In this document: positions 1 through 11,063 of the stretch, piece by piece | Numbering within the stretch: the first letter of the stretch is position 1 | How the letters are laid out: every line of letters begins with the position of its first letter | Source: a virus | Taxonomy: Duplodnaviria > Heunggongvirae > Uroviricota > Caudoviricetes | IMG/VR virus record: IMGVR_UViG_2877251553_000002 | Length of the DNA: 34,826 nt | Reading direction: 5' to 3' (one strand) | Notes under the pieces: model-generated | Database searches by the model: none | What the model was told of the DNA's origin: nothing | What the model saw: the letters and a program-made list of their open reading frames with translations, nothing else | Program-made: the position numbers and the translations under genes

Positions 1-381
1 ATGCAGAAAAATGTGAATCCCGGCAGGCGAAAAGGCTGCCCTAATTATCCTCCCGAATTTAAACAGCAGCTCGTTGCTGCCTCCTGTGAACCCGGGATAT
101 CCATCTCAAAACTTGCTCTTGAAAATGGCATTAACGCCAATCTGTTGTTCAAATGGCGACAACAATGGCGCGAGGGAAAGCTGCTATTACCTTCTTCAGA
201 GAGCCCCCAGCTACTTCCTGTGACTCTCGATGCAGCTGCCGAACAGCCAGAATCGCTCGCAGAGGATCCGGAAACCCTCAGTATCAGCTGTGAGGTAACG
301 TTCCGGCACGGGACGCTCCGCTTCAATGGCAATGTCAGCGAAAAGCTCCTGACTCTGCTGATACAGGAACTGAAGCGATGA
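1..381 (+). CDS. IS66-family accessory protein TnpA (orf1), possibly 5' partial at window edge
   Basis: ORF MQKNVNPGRRKGC... identical to orf1 of copies 2 and 3. Confidence 0.8.
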   Translation: MQKNVNPGRRKGCPNYPPEFKQQLVAASCEPGISISKLALENGINANLLFKWRQQWREGKLLLPSSESPQLLPVTLDAAAEQPESLAEDPETLSISCEVTFRHGTLRFNGNVSEKLLTLLIQELKR

Positions 382-725
382 TCCCGTTACCTTCCGGGAC
401 CAAAATTTGGCTGGTTGCCGGTATCACCGATATGAGAAATGGCTTCAACGGCCTGGCGGCAAAGGTGCAGACGACGCTGAAAGACGATCCGATGTCAGGT
501 CACGTTTTTATCTTCCGTGGGCGTAATGGCAGTCAGGTAAAGCTCCTCTGGTCTACCGGCGATGGACTGTGTCTGCTGACCAAACGGCTGGAGCGCGGCC
601 GCTTCGCCTGGCCGTCAGCCCGGGATGGCAAAGTGTTCCTCACACCGGCACAGCTGGCGATGCTCCTTGAAGGTATCGACTGGCGGCAGCCTAAAAGACT
701 GCTTACGTCCCTGACTATGTTGTAA
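378..725 (+). CDS. IS66-family TnpB (orf2)
   Basis: 115-aa ORF MIPLPSGTKIWLVAGITDMRNGF..., ATGA overlap with orf1, conserved IS66 orf2 family. Confidence 0.85.
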   Translation: MIPLPSGTKIWLVAGITDMRNGFNGLAAKVQTTLKDDPMSGHVFIFRGRNGSQVKLLWSTGDGLCLLTKRLERGRFAWPSARDGKVFLTPAQLAMLLEGIDWRQPKRLLTSLTML

Positions 726-773
726 GCCTCTTTATCCTGGTCGACGCTGAATGAGCCTGGTAATATACCCGGT

Positions 774-2311
774 ATGAGCAGCTCACTTCCTGACGATATC
801 AATGCACTGAAACGTCTCCTTGCCGAACAGGAGGCGCTGAACCGTGCCCTGCTGGAAAAGCTGAACGAGCGTGAACGCGAAATAGACCATCTGCAGGCAC
901 AGCTGGATAAGCTGCGCCGGATGAACTTCGGCAGCCGCTCCGAAAAAGTCTCCCGTCGTATCGCACAGATGGAAGCTGACCTGAAGGCACTTCAGAAAGA
1001 AAGTGATACCCTTACCGGTCGGGTTGACGACCCGGCCGTGCAGCGCCCGCTGCGTCAAACCCGCACCCGCAAACCGTTCCCGAATCACTCCCCCGCGATG
1101 AAAAACGGCTGCTGCCGGCAGCGTCATGCTGCCCGGAATGTGGAGGCTCACTGAGCTATCCGGGTGAGGATGCCGCCGAACAGCTGGAGTTGATGCGCAG
1201 CGTCTTCCGGGTTATCCGGACTGTACGTGAAAAGCATGCCTGTACTCAGTGCGATGCCATCGTGCAGGCCCCCGCGCCTTCACGGCCCATCGAGCGGGGT
1301 ATCGCAGGACCGGGGCTGCTGGCCCGCGTGCTGATCTCAAAGTATGCAGAGCACACCCCGCTGTACCGCCAGTATGAAATGTACGGACGCCAGGGCGTGG
1401 AGCTGAGTCGTTCACTGCTGTCGGGCTGGGTGGATGCATGCTGCCGGCTACTGTCACCGCTGGAAGAAGCGCTTCAGGACTATGTGCTGACTGACGGTAA
1501 GCTCCATGCTGATGACACGCCTGTCCCGGTGCTGTTGCCAGGCAATAAGAAAACGAAGACCGGGCGGTTATGGACCTACGTTCGTGACGACCGTAACGCC
1601 GGGTCAACGCTGGCGCCGGCGGTGTGGTTCGCTTACAGCCCGGACAGAAAAGGCATCCATCCGCAGACCCATCTTGCGGGGTTCAGTGGTGTACTGCAGG
1701 CGGATGCATACGCCGGGTTCAACGAGCTGTACCGGGATGGCCGGATAACGGAAGCCGCCTGTTGGGCTCACGCCCGCCGTAAAATCCACGATGTGCACGT
1801 TCGCACCCCGTCAGCCCTGACGGAGGAAGCGCTGAAACGGATCGGCGAACTGTACGCCATCGAGGCAGAGATAAGGGGAATGACGGCGGAGCAGCGCCTT
1901 GCCGAACGTCAGTTGAAAACGAAACCGCTGCTGAAATCCCTGGAAAGCTGGCTGCGTGAAAAGATGAAAACCCTGTCGCGACACTCAGAACTGGCGAAAG
2001 CGTTCGCATACGCCCTGAACCAGTGGCCGGCGCTGACGTACTATGCAGATGATGGCTGGGCTGAGGCGGACAATAACATCGCTGAAAATGCGTTGCGGAT
2101 GGTCAGTCTGGGCCGCAAAAACTACCTGTTCTTCGGTTCGGATCATGGAGGAGAGCGGGGAGCGCTGCTGTACAGCCTGATCGGGACGTGCAAACTGAAC
2201 GGAGTGGAGCCAGAAAGCTACCTCCGCTATGTCCTTGACGTCATAGCCGACTGGCCGATAAACCGGGTCGGCGAACTGCTCCCCTGGCGCGTAGCACTGC
2301 CGACTGAATAA
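774..2311 (+). pseudogene. IS66-family transposase TnpC (orf3), frameshifted
   Basis: ORFs 774-1154 and 1190-2311 together match the intact 512-aa TnpC of copy 3; C-tract at 1079-1081 has 3 C versus 4 C in copy 3. Confidence 0.8.
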
Positions 2312-2344
2312 CACATCCCCGTCAATACGGTTCTTGCTGCACGC

Positions 2345-2701
2345 TTACGATTTTGCCAGCATGACTACCGGGGACAGGCGGCCCAGTGAGTCGGGACCAG
2401 CATTCCAGATACGACCGTTCCATTCAAACGTGAACGGCTTCGCCTCCTGTTCTGCGCGCCATGCTTCAATTTCCTGACGTCTGGCCTCTCTGGCCGCTTC
2501 CTGCATTTCTGGTGTCACAGTGAATGGGGCTATCTCACCCCATTTGCCGCTTTGCAGTTCCTGCCAGATTTGCTGACCCGTCGGAGCGACATCATCAGCG
2601 GTGGCTGTGTAGGGGACTGCCTGGTCCCTGTCGTCAAAAAAAACGTCACAGTCTACTGCGCCACTTTCGGTATAACGGGGATTAATGATTTTTTTAGTTT
2701 C
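2345..2701 (-). CDS. tail fibre assembly (Tfa)-like protein, 3' end probably truncated by IS
   Basis: In-frame GTG at 2701 preceded by GAGGAA; product has no recalled match but sits in Tfa position after a fibre gene; stop codon 2345-2347 lies inside the IS66 terminal repeat. Confidence 0.4.
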   Translation of the reverse strand, partial: ETKKIINPRYTESGAVDCDVFFDDRDQAVPYTATADDVAPTGQQIWQELQSGKWGEIAPFTVTPEMQEAAREARRQEIEAWRAEQEAKPFTFEWNGRIWNAGPDSLGRLSPVVMLAKS

Positions 2702-2714
2702 CACGGTGCATTCC

Positions 2715-3068
2715 TCACGATGTGCGAATAAAAAGCCCGGGCATTGCGCCAGAGACATGTGCATCCGGCACCCCGGACAGGGCGCAATATGACCCCGGTA
2801 ATGAATGCTCTGAACATCCCGTAATGAAAAATTGTGGGGATGCTATATACGTTCCGGTGGGAGTACTGGGCACTGAAATCCCCACCGGTCCCAGTCGTGA
2901 GCCTCTGTATGACTGCCCCCTGACAAGTCTGATGACTTTATCACCGTCAGCTTCTCCCTGGTACGCAGCAATAATCAGCCCGCCAATGTCAGGGGCTCCC
3001 CATCTGTTGCGGACAGAGCTCGCCACGATTCTGTAAATAATATCTTCTGTGGTTATATTTATTTTCAC
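2715..3068 (-). CDS. hypothetical protein downstream of Stf-like fibre gene
   Basis: 117-aa ORF with 4-bp overlap to the upstream fibre gene; no recognisable family. Confidence 0.3.
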   Translation of the reverse strand: MKINITTEDIIYRIVASSVRNRWGAPDIGGLIIAAYQGEADGDKVIRLVRGQSYRGSRLGPVGISVPSTPTGTYIASPQFFITGCSEHSLPGSYCALSGVPDAHVSGAMPGLFIRTS

Positions 3069-4123
3069 CCAGTCAGTCTGGATATGGGCCAGTAGCAGTA
3101 GCGGGTGTGATAAATGGGGCCGTTAATGCCGTAAAAAGTAAGGGATTTGGCTCTGTACCGCGGTTCTGTTGTCTCAGGGCGTGCATCAGTCCACCGGATG
3201 CTGAGCACCCCTTCAAACCGTGTGTCGGGTATGATGCCCAGGCGGCCAGCAACGGAATACTCACCTGGCAGCGCATTCCTTACCCAGGCCAGGAAATCAC
3301 TCTTAGTGTCAAAACGGATAACATCTTCAGGCAGAAAAGCACACCCAAAGCCGAATGCGCCGGGTATCGCCAGACGGCCTTTTGTCCGGTCGTAAATGTC
3401 GCTCTGTGCTTCCATCGTGGCCGCACTTTTCAGCCCCAGATTATCCCGGGACTTCTGTTGTGCCTTTTCGCCTGCTGCTGCGATTTCTGACAGATGGTTA
3501 GCCATTTTCAGAGTGCCGGTAAGCGCAGCATCAATGTCATTTTTGGCCTGTTCTGCTGCGCGGGCATAACCTGCGGCATCCTGTGCGCTCTGTCCGGCTG
3601 CGGCTGCATTTGCTCCTGTGCTTGTCACATCTTCCGCAGTGGCCTTTCTGTCCTCAGCTGTGACGGTTGCATCCTGTCTGGCATTCTCCGCAAAACGTTG
3701 TGCATCATCACGGGCCGTTGCGGCTGCCGCCACATCCTGCGCCGTCTGCTGTGCGTTTCCGGCTGCGGCCCCGGCGCTCTGCTGCGCCTGCACCACCATT
3801 TCCTCAAAGCGTTTGACGACATCCGGTTTCAGGTCGCCCTCATCAGGAGCAATCAGAAAGTCATTCAGCGTGCCGGGCTTTGAGTCCTCATATACAGCAA
3901 TGTCGCCAACGTTGTACTCGTTGTGCCAGCCCGGTTTCAGATACACACCATATTTTCCAGTCCGCGCATGGAAACAGTATTCACCATCGTTTCCTGTCAT
4001 CACATCAGCAACAGTGTGCATCACCACTTCCGGGGTGTTTACCCGGGATTTCAGAATAATATGGTATCCGGACATGGGGATACCTGCGCCATCAGTCAGC
4101 GCACCTGATATCACTACAGACAT
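3065..4123 (-). CDS. lambdoid side tail fibre (Stf)-like protein, short form
   Basis: N-terminus with DIAVYEDSKPGTLNDFL motif resembling the prophage side-tail-fibre N-terminal domain, followed by Ala/Gln-rich low-complexity region; much shorter than typical Stf. Confidence 0.6.
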   Translation of the reverse strand: MSVVISGALTDGAGIPMSGYHIILKSRVNTPEVVMHTVADVMTGNDGEYCFHARTGKYGVYLKPGWHNEYNVGDIAVYEDSKPGTLNDFLIAPDEGDLKPDVVKRFEEMVVQAQQSAGAAAGNAQQTAQDVAAAATARDDAQRFAENARQDATVTAEDRKATAEDVTSTGANAAAAGQSAQDAAGYARAAEQAKNDIDAALTGTLKMANHLSEIAAAGEKAQQKSRDNLGLKSAATMEAQSDIYDRTKGRLAIPGAFGFGCAFLPEDVIRFDTKSDFLAWVRNALPGEYSVAGRLGIIPDTRFEGVLSIRWTDARPETTEPRYRAKSLTFYGINGPIYHTRYCYWPISRLTG

Positions 4124-4475
4124 AGTTTTTCTCGCGATAAATTAAATCAGGAAGAAATTTCCGGAGAGGCGGGCCATTCAATGGCGTTGTATGAGGTTTT
4201 ATCAGTGATGACACTGAAATCCATCGCCTGCAGCGATTTCGCGTAAATGCGGTACGCTTTCAGTTTTTCCCGGTCTTCGTCGCTGATTAGCCCCAGCAGC
4301 AGGTCTTCTTCCCATTCCCCTGTCCGGGCACTGACCTGAGCCAGAAGGGCATCACGCTCATCTTCCGCTTTGAGTCTGTAGTCAAAGACAAATTCATCAT
4401 TGCGGTAAAACCAGTAACCCGGCGCGGTAATGCGGCGGTTGGCGGTAATATCAGGAACTTGGTAATGACTCCAAC

Positions 4476-4979
4476 TTACTGATAGTGTTTTATGTTCAGA
4501 TAATGCCCGATGACCTTGTCATGCAGCTCCACCGATTTTGAGAACGACAGTGACTTCCGTCCCAGCCTTGCCAGATGTTGTCTCAGATTCAGATTATGTC
4601 GCTCAATGCGCTGAGTGTAACGCTTGCTGATAACGTGCAGCTTTCCCTTCAGGCGTGATTCATACAGCGGCCAGCCATCCGTCATCCATACCACGACCTC
4701 AAAGGCCGACAGCAGGCTCAGAAGACGCTCCAGTGTGGCCAGAGTGCGTTCACCGAAGACGTGCGCCACAACCGTCCTCCGTATCCTGTCATACGCGTAA
4801 AACAGCCAGCGCTGACGTGATTTAGCACCGACGTAGCCCCACTGTTCGTCCATTTCAGCGCAGACAATCACATCACTGCCCGGTTGTATGCGCGAGGTTA
4901 CCGACTGCGGCCTGAGTTTTTTAAGTGACGTAAAACCGTGTTGAGGCCAACGCCCATAATGCGTGCACTGGCGCGACAT
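4476..4979 (-). CDS. insB: IS1 InsB
   Basis: 167-aa [19 protein letters not shown]... characteristic of IS1. Confidence 0.85.
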   Translation of the reverse strand: MSRQCTHYGRWPQHGFTSLKKLRPQSVTSRIQPGSDVIVCAEMDEQWGYVGAKSRQRWLFYAYDRIRRTVVAHVFGERTLATLERLLSLLSAFEVVVWMTDGWPLYESRLKGKLHVISKRYTQRIERHNLNLRQHLARLGRKSLSFSKSVELHDKVIGHYLNIKHYQ

Positions 4980-5173
4980 CCGACGCCATTCATGGCCATA
5001 TCAATGATTTTCTGGTGCGTACCGGGCTGAGAGGCGGTGTAAGTGAACTGTAGTTGCCATGTTTTACGGCAATGAGAGCAGAGATAGCGCTGATGTCCGG
5101 CAGTGCTTTTGCCGTTACGCACCACGCCTTCAGTAGCGGAGCAGGAAGGACATCTGATGGAAATGGAAGCCAC
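4898..5173 (-). CDS. insA: IS1 InsA
   Basis: 91-aa [26 protein letters not shown]... characteristic of IS1. Confidence 0.85.
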   Translation of the reverse strand: MASISIRCPSCSATEGVVRNGKSTAGHQRYLCSHCRKTWQLQFTYTASQPGTHQKIIDMAMNGVGCRASARIMGVGLNTVLRHLKNSGRSR

Positions 5174-5471
5174 GCAAGCACCTTAAAATCACCATCATAC
5201 ACTAAATCAGTAAGTTGGCAGCATTACCCAGGAACTTCAATAACACTGGCGTTACGGGGTTCAATGCCTGTCACATCCTTACCGACCCACACCACGCGAC
5301 CGTCTCCGGTGTAAGTTATTTTAATTGTGTCGCTGGCGAAATTCTTCAGCTCTTCATACCAGTTTTTTCCGTCTTCCGAAAAAAGCCAGGTGACATCATA
5401 TTGTTTTGTCAGCTGATATTGTTCCACGGTTTTCGGATTGCCCGCAGTAATATTTTTTAAATGCAACATTG

Positions 5472-6856
5472 TTAAACACTCGCCACGTTATACCAGGTGC
5501 CATTAATCAGTTTCTGAAGCGGGCGGTAATACACGCCGTTGACGTTATCCGCTGAGTCACGGCCGGTATCCGATATCGCTATCCCTGACAGCCCGTGTCC
5601 CGAAGGTGCGCGAAATCTCCACGAAACGGTGTTACTGCCGGGGCTGTAATACATTTCATGGCCATACCGTACATCCTGTACCCCCTCTGTTCGATATTTA
5701 TAGCGGGCATCGAAGTTTCCGTAATTTAACGGAATTACCTGTCCGTTTACGGCGAACGTGATGCTGTTATCTGTATTCCTCTGGCTGAAAAAATGCCAGC
5801 CTGAATCATCGCCAAGCTCTGCAACAACAGACCTGGATGGATTACCCCACAAATAAAACGCTGCATTTTTCGTGGAGTTGTTGGCGCTGGATAACGTGAA
5901 TTTTCTGGCAGTTCCGGCCTGAATATTCTTAAAAGCAATAGCCACTCCATTCTGAAAGCGGAATACACGCTGACTATTAGCATAAACATCCAGAATACCG
6001 TCTCCATTCTGTTTAAATCCGGTGTCATTATCACCAAGAACAATTGAATTCCCCCCAGGGCGTTCTGAACGCCGATACCCAGCGCACCATTGACCTGCGA
6101 ACCACCGCCAACAGACACTTTATGCGACATGGATATTTCACCCGTCCGCAAATTAATGGTGAACGGGCGCAGGGGACCAATATCGCCATTTTCCCCCTGA
6201 CCTTCACTGGTGGGAATAAGGTGCAGGCACTCTTCCGAACGACGAAAAATCAGGCCAAAAGCTTCGTTGAAAATCCTCAGCGCATTAACACCACGGATTT
6301 TCAGCTCTCCGGTTATTTTATCGCCTTCCCGATGAACATAGCGTTGATCTGACTGCTCTTTACTGTAAACCTGAAGATTATCCCGTGCCGTCCCTTTATT
6401 CTGAAGGTCTGACAGATTGTTCTTCTGCCGCAGGAATATCCTTTTCGGATCCTCAAGAAGATTTACCCAGCCCGCACTGTCGGAGCCTTCAGGATCGGTC
6501 AGGTTATCGTCTGTGGTATTCAGCCAGACCGCTGTTGTTGCGACTCCGGCGAGAATGGCTCCTTTTGCATATCCACCAATGGCCCCCGCAAAACCGGCAT
6601 TATACGTGTACAAACCGCCAGCTTGGGCGAACCGTATTGCTGCGGTAATATCGTACATCAGACCGTTAAAATCCTTGCCGTGTGGCGGTATACCTCCCGC
6701 TGAGACCGCTGTCATGGTCACCGGAGGAAAACCTGAATCATACGCAGCATTACCGCTCTCTCTGGTCTGCTGTGTCGCCTTGTCCGGGATACGGTTTTTA
6801 TCTCCGGTACTCGCAAAGGGGACCGCCAGCTGGCGGGGTTTATCACTGGCCTTCAT
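5472..6856 (-). pseudogene. tail fibre protein with P2 gpH-like C-terminal domain, frameshifted at a C6/G6 tract
   Basis: ORFs 5747-6856 and 5472-5945 overlap in different frames; C-terminal ORF ([11 protein letters not shown]...[11 protein letters not shown]...[11 protein letters not shown]) resembles the P2 gpH C-terminus; frames rejoin if the tract at 6058-6063 had one more base. Confidence 0.7.
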
Positions 6857-7259
6857 TACGGGACTCCTTTAAAACTACTGAAACATAAACACCCGGCGGG
6901 GACGGCAGTGCACCCGACGACTGGATAATCGCCAGTTCTGCCAACGAGAGCGCGGACTCAAAGATGTAACTCATCCTCAGCCCACCATTATTCAGAACAT
7001 AAGCCCGCCGTTTTTTTCCGAACATAAATCTCAGCATCCGGTTAATATCCGGAACGGAACAGTCAGTAATGTTCGACATGGCTTTCATCAGTATCAGCCG
7101 CCGGTATACAGCATCAGACAGGTCAACAGTCCGGGTATCCGATTTTCCGTTGTAAAACGGTGCCTGATTAGACTGGCCCCCTGAATCTCCAGACAACCAG
7201 TATCACTTAAATAAGTGATAGTCTTAATACTAGTTTTTAGACTAGTCATTGGAGTACAG

Positions 7260-7625
7260 ATGATTGATGTCTTAGGGCCGGAGAAACGCAGACGGCGTAC
7301 CACACAGGAAAAGATCGCAATTGTTCAGCAGAGCTTTGAACCGGGGATGACGGTCTCCCTAGTTGCCCGGCAACATGGTGTAGCAGCCAGCCAGTTATTT
7401 CTCTGGCGTAAGCAATACCAGGAAGGAAGTCTTACTGCTGTGGCCGCCGGAGAACAGGTTGTTCCTGCCTCTGAACTTGCTGCCGCCATGAAGCAGATTA
7501 AAGAACTCCAGCGCCTGCTCGGCAAGAAAACGATGGAAAATGAACTCCTCAAAGAAGCCGTTGAATATGGACGGGCAAAAAAGTGGATAGCGCACGCGCC
7601 CTTATTGCCCGGGGATGGGGAGTAA
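7260..7625 (+). CDS. insC: IS2 InsC (OrfA)
   Basis: [32 protein letters not shown]... characteristic of IS2. Confidence 0.85.
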
Positions 7626-8488
7626 GCTTAGTCAGCCGTTGTCTCCGGATGTCGCGTGCGCAGTTGCACGTCATTCTCAGACGAACCGATGACTGGATGG
7701 ATGGCCGCCGCAGTCGTCACACTGATGATACGGATGTGCTTCTCCGTATACACCATGTTATCGGAGAGCTGCCCACGTATGGTTATCGTCGGGTATGGGC
7801 GCTGCTTCGCAGACAGGCAGAACTTGATGGTATGCCTGCGATCAATGCCAAACGTGTTTACCGGATCATGCGCCAGAATGCGCTGTTGCTTGAGCGAAAA
7901 CCTGCTGTACCGCCATCGAAACGGGCACATACAGGCAGAGTGGCCGTGAAAGAAAGCAATCAGCGATGGTGCTCTGACGGGTTCGAGTTCTGCTGTGATA
8001 ACGGAGAGAGACTGCGTGTCACGTTCGCGCTGGACTGCTGTGATCGTGAGGCACTGCACTGGGCGGTGACTACCGGCGGCTTCAACAGTGAAACAGTACA
8101 GGACGTCATGCTGGGAGCGGTGGAACGCCGCTTCGGCAACGATCTTCCGTCGTCTCCAGTGGAGTGGCTGACGGATAATGGTTCATGCTACCGGGCTAAT
8201 GAAACACGCCAGTTCGCCCGGATGTTGGGACTTGAACCGAAGAACACGGCGGTGCGGAGTCCGGAGAGTAACGGAATAGCAGAGAGCTTCGTGAAAACGA
8301 TAAAGCGTGACTACATCAGTATCATGCCCAAACCAGACGGGTTAACGGCAGCAAAGAACCTTGCAGAGGCGTTCGAGCATTATAACGAATGGCATCCGCA
8401 TAGTGCGCTGGGTTATCGCTCGCCACGGGAATATCTGCGGCAGCGGGCTTGTAATGGGTTAAGTGATAACAGATGTCTGGAAATATAG
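7583..8488 (+). CDS. insD: IS2 InsD (OrfB transposase)
   Basis: 301-aa [33 protein letters not shown]... characteristic of IS2. Confidence 0.85.
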
Positions 8489-8784
8489 GGGCAAATCCAC
8501 TGATTAAACGGACAGGGATCATCCATTACCGGGGTGTCCATCCTGGACTCGCTGAAGCCCAGGTAATTAAAATCGTCCTTTACCGTCAGCCGGCGACTGA
8601 CACCCACAATCTTTCCCCAGACATCAAGACCATACTTTTCTGCGGTATCGATGTTCCAGATAAGACCATAAAAATCACTGATAAAACTGTCGGGGGAAAG
8701 CGCTGCGTTAAAGCTGTTAATGAGGGCATTGAGTCGGGGCTGGCAGCATACTGCGCAAGCACAGTGGCAGCCACATTCTGCACG

Positions 8785-10022
8785 TTATGCCTCCTGGAGT
8801 TTCACACTGATATCCGACACATCCAGAACCGGAATCTCATCTATCCCGAAAGTGACAGCCGTTGTCCATGACGAACCGTCACGGCTCACAGTAAGGCCCA
8901 GAATATCAATATGTTCCGGATCGGTTTTGTAAATGCCGGCATAGTAGCGCCCGGCAGAGACAACAGAGGCAACCCTTGCCCGCAGACCACCATCTGTACC
9001 ATTAAATGCGTCCAGCACGGATTGCTGTACCTGTCGGGTAATATCTGAAGGCAGGTAGTCACTTTTTTTCAGCGTCACACTGACATGCAGACTGACGGGT
9101 TTGAGTGTCTGCCAGCTGATTACGTATTCAGGATACGGCGGATCGTACTCCTTATCTGCAACAGTGAACGTTGTGTTGCCATTCATATCAATACCCGGCG
9201 GAGCCTTACGCCAGATGGCCGCCGCGATATCTGCCGGGCTGCCGCCGTACACGCCAACATAAAGCGAACCGGGTGTTAATGGATACTGACTGACTCCGGC
9301 TTTTTGTTCTGTTTTTTTCGGATTATGGGGGACGTAAACATCCACCACGTTTTCTACCGTGGAGAGTATTTCACCCCGGATGGCTTCCAGAATATTCCGG
9401 GCATTACGGGCAACTGAATTACGTCGGCGGTTTTCAAAGTCCGCACGGGTTTCCTCATCGCTGCCCGGCACACCGGCACGGGCGTTAGTGACACCTGACC
9501 AGCCAGGTATTGCCTTATAAATTTTATTCAGCGTCCCCACAGGACAGCCGACGGGGCCGGTGGACAAATTCAGAAATACCGCATCAACCTGCCCTGATGC
9601 GCCGATAGTGACGTCTGACTGACATACTTATAACCGGCCTCATCCTGCCCCATACTGCCCGCCGGGATCAGCGTGCCAACCAGCCCGGTACAGGTCGCTG
9701 TTACTGTCGTACCTGTGGCCCCACGGCGCTCCAGGAAATAAATCCTGCCTATTGCATCCTGAAAGCGACCACTGGAAAAGTCAGGGTTGATCTGGTTAAC
9801 GATATACAGCAACTGATCGTTTTTATCCGCAATAATGGCGCTTTCGCTGGATGCAAGTTGTCCCTGCGGACTGCTCAGACTGGTACTCATGGCCCCGCCC
9901 AGCGCCGCCGAAAAATCAGCAAGCCTGCCGCTCAGAATATCCGCTTCATCCGGCACATTCAGCCCGCTATCCGAAATCTGTACAGCGGGCACTGCGGTAG
10001 AAAAAGATTTATTTTCACTCAT
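8785..10022 (-). pseudogene. baseplate J-like protein, frameshifted
   Basis: ORFs 9570-10022 and 8785-9567 are adjacent in different frames and together resemble a ~410-aa baseplate J-family protein; frame change near a GTCAGTCAG repeat around 9600. Confidence 0.6.
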
Positions 10023-10375
10023 AGCAGTACCGTAAAAATGTCATTATTGGTATCTGTAATACGCAGCACACCTGTTACTGTCCGGGTTTGATCAGCTGTG
10101 ACCTGGCAGACAGCGGCGCTCACGGTCGGCAGTTTAAGTGCTTCCTGTTGCAGAGTGGCATTCACCAGTTGTGTGCCGGGCCAGTGTCCGAGGATGCGTG
10201 GCCAGTAAGGTATGCCAGCCGTTGAGTCGTACCAGCACTCCCCCAGAAAAGTACTGCACGCACACGCCACATCCTGAGCTACCGCATGGGGATTATCAGT
10301 AATGGCAAGATTTCCGGTATCATCAAGCAGGATATCCCATGTCCCGGTGTCAAGAAGAAGTGATCGTGACTGCAT
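10019..10375 (-). CDS. small baseplate protein (gpW position)
   Basis: 118-aa ORF between V-like and J-like genes; assignment by position only. Confidence 0.4.
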   Translation of the reverse strand: MQSRSLLLDTGTWDILLDDTGNLAITDNPHAVAQDVACACSTFLGECWYDSTAGIPYWPRILGHWPGTQLVNATLQQEALKLPTVSAAVCQVTADQTRTVTGVLRITDTNNDIFTVLL

Positions 10376-11063
10376 GTTTTCTCCTGTTTACCGGGATCCC
10401 TGCGTGGTTGAGCCGCCGGACTCAACGCCGCCGTGAACGTGGTTTCCAAAATCAATACCCCGATGTTCGAACCGCCGGAAAGCCTGGACTGCCCGGTAAC
10501 GTCAAGCCCCTTACTGACGGCGGTATCGCCGTTCAGCGCAATTTGTGGTGAGTTAACGGTGAAGCTTTTCGGCGCATTAATCACCCCCTCAGGCGCGGAT
10601 ATCTCCACTTTCCAGGGAGATACAATCCGTATCTGGTTGTCATCAAATACCACAAACTGGACGGGATCACCGTTGAGCACGCCACCCAGCCAGATGGCAT
10701 CAGCATAATTATGGGTACGCTTTGATCCCGGCATCGCAGCCTGACGCGTGGCTTTTACCGCACTGATATCCCGATCGCAGATGGCAAGAAAACCGATATC
10801 CCCCACATGTGGCGGGATAATCACCGCATTACCGCCCCCTGTAGTCGCCATACGGGAATGTTATAAATCACCTCATGTTCAACCGGGGAACCGTCTGCTG
10901 CAACGCCCATTACCATCGGTCGGGCCTCAATAAATCCCTCTTCCACGGCTACCACCCGTCCCAGAGTGATAAACGCATGACGTCCGAGAAACTGCCGCAG
11001 CATAAAGTCCTGTGCATTGATTTCGCTGTTCACGTCTGTCGGGTTACTGAGTGGTTGTGCCAT
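10279..11063 (-). pseudogene. baseplate assembly protein V-like (spike), frameshifted
   Basis: ORFs 10821-11063 and 10279-10851 overlap in different frames; position and size fit gpV/Mu gp45-type proteins. Confidence 0.45.

Larger units (their letters stand above)
1..2348 (+). mobile_element. IS66-family insertion sequence (ISEc8-like), copy 1; left ~90 bp cut by window edge
   Basis: Right terminus CTTGCTGCACGCTTAC (2333-2348) is the reverse complement of the GTAAGCGTGCAGCAAG ends of copies 2 and 3; carries orf1-orf2-orf3 in IS66 order; nearly identical to the 2.44-kb copies at 17914-20352 and 26353-28792. Confidence 0.85.
4461..5228 (-). mobile_element. IS1 (768 bp)
   Basis: Ends GGTAATGACTCCAACTTACTGAT (4461) and reverse complement of GGTAATGCTGCCAACTTACTGAT (5228); insA and insB ORFs; 9-bp target duplication. 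Confidence 0.92.
4149..5469 (-). pseudogene. tail fibre assembly protein (Tfa) disrupted by IS1
   Basis: N-terminal part 5229-5469 ([14 protein letters not shown]...) and C-terminal part 4149-4460 read as one colinear ORF once IS1 and one copy of the 9-bp direct repeat CAGGAACTT (4452-4460, 5229-5237) are removed. Confidence 0.75.
7169..8499 (+). mobile_element. IS2 (1331 bp)
   Basis: Ends TAGACTGGCCCCCTGAATCTCC and GGAAATATAGGGGCAAATCCA; insC and insD ORFs; 5-bp target duplication CTGAT at 7164-7168 and 8500-8504. Confidence 0.92.
6843..8783 (-). pseudogene. baseplate/tail protein I-like gene disrupted by IS2 and an additional frameshift
   Basis: Coding sequence continues in frame across IS2 once the element and one copy of the 5-bp duplication CTGAT are removed (...DDPCPFNQ-APFYNGKSDTRTVDL...); ATG at 8783 is in a different frame from the downstream part. 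Confidence 0.5.

Noticed and set aside
45-1607. Antisense ORFs inside the IS66-family elements (for example 45-332, 533-802, 1212-1607 and their counterparts in copies 2 and 3)
   Set aside because: They overlap the conserved tnpA/tnpB/tnpC frames on the opposite strand and recur only because the IS is repeated.
3107-4145. Plus-strand ORFs of 127-175 aa opposite the Stf-like fibre gene
   Set aside because: Antisense to an Ala/Gln-rich low-complexity coding region, which generates long open frames on the other strand; Cys/Ala-rich products with no gene-like signals.
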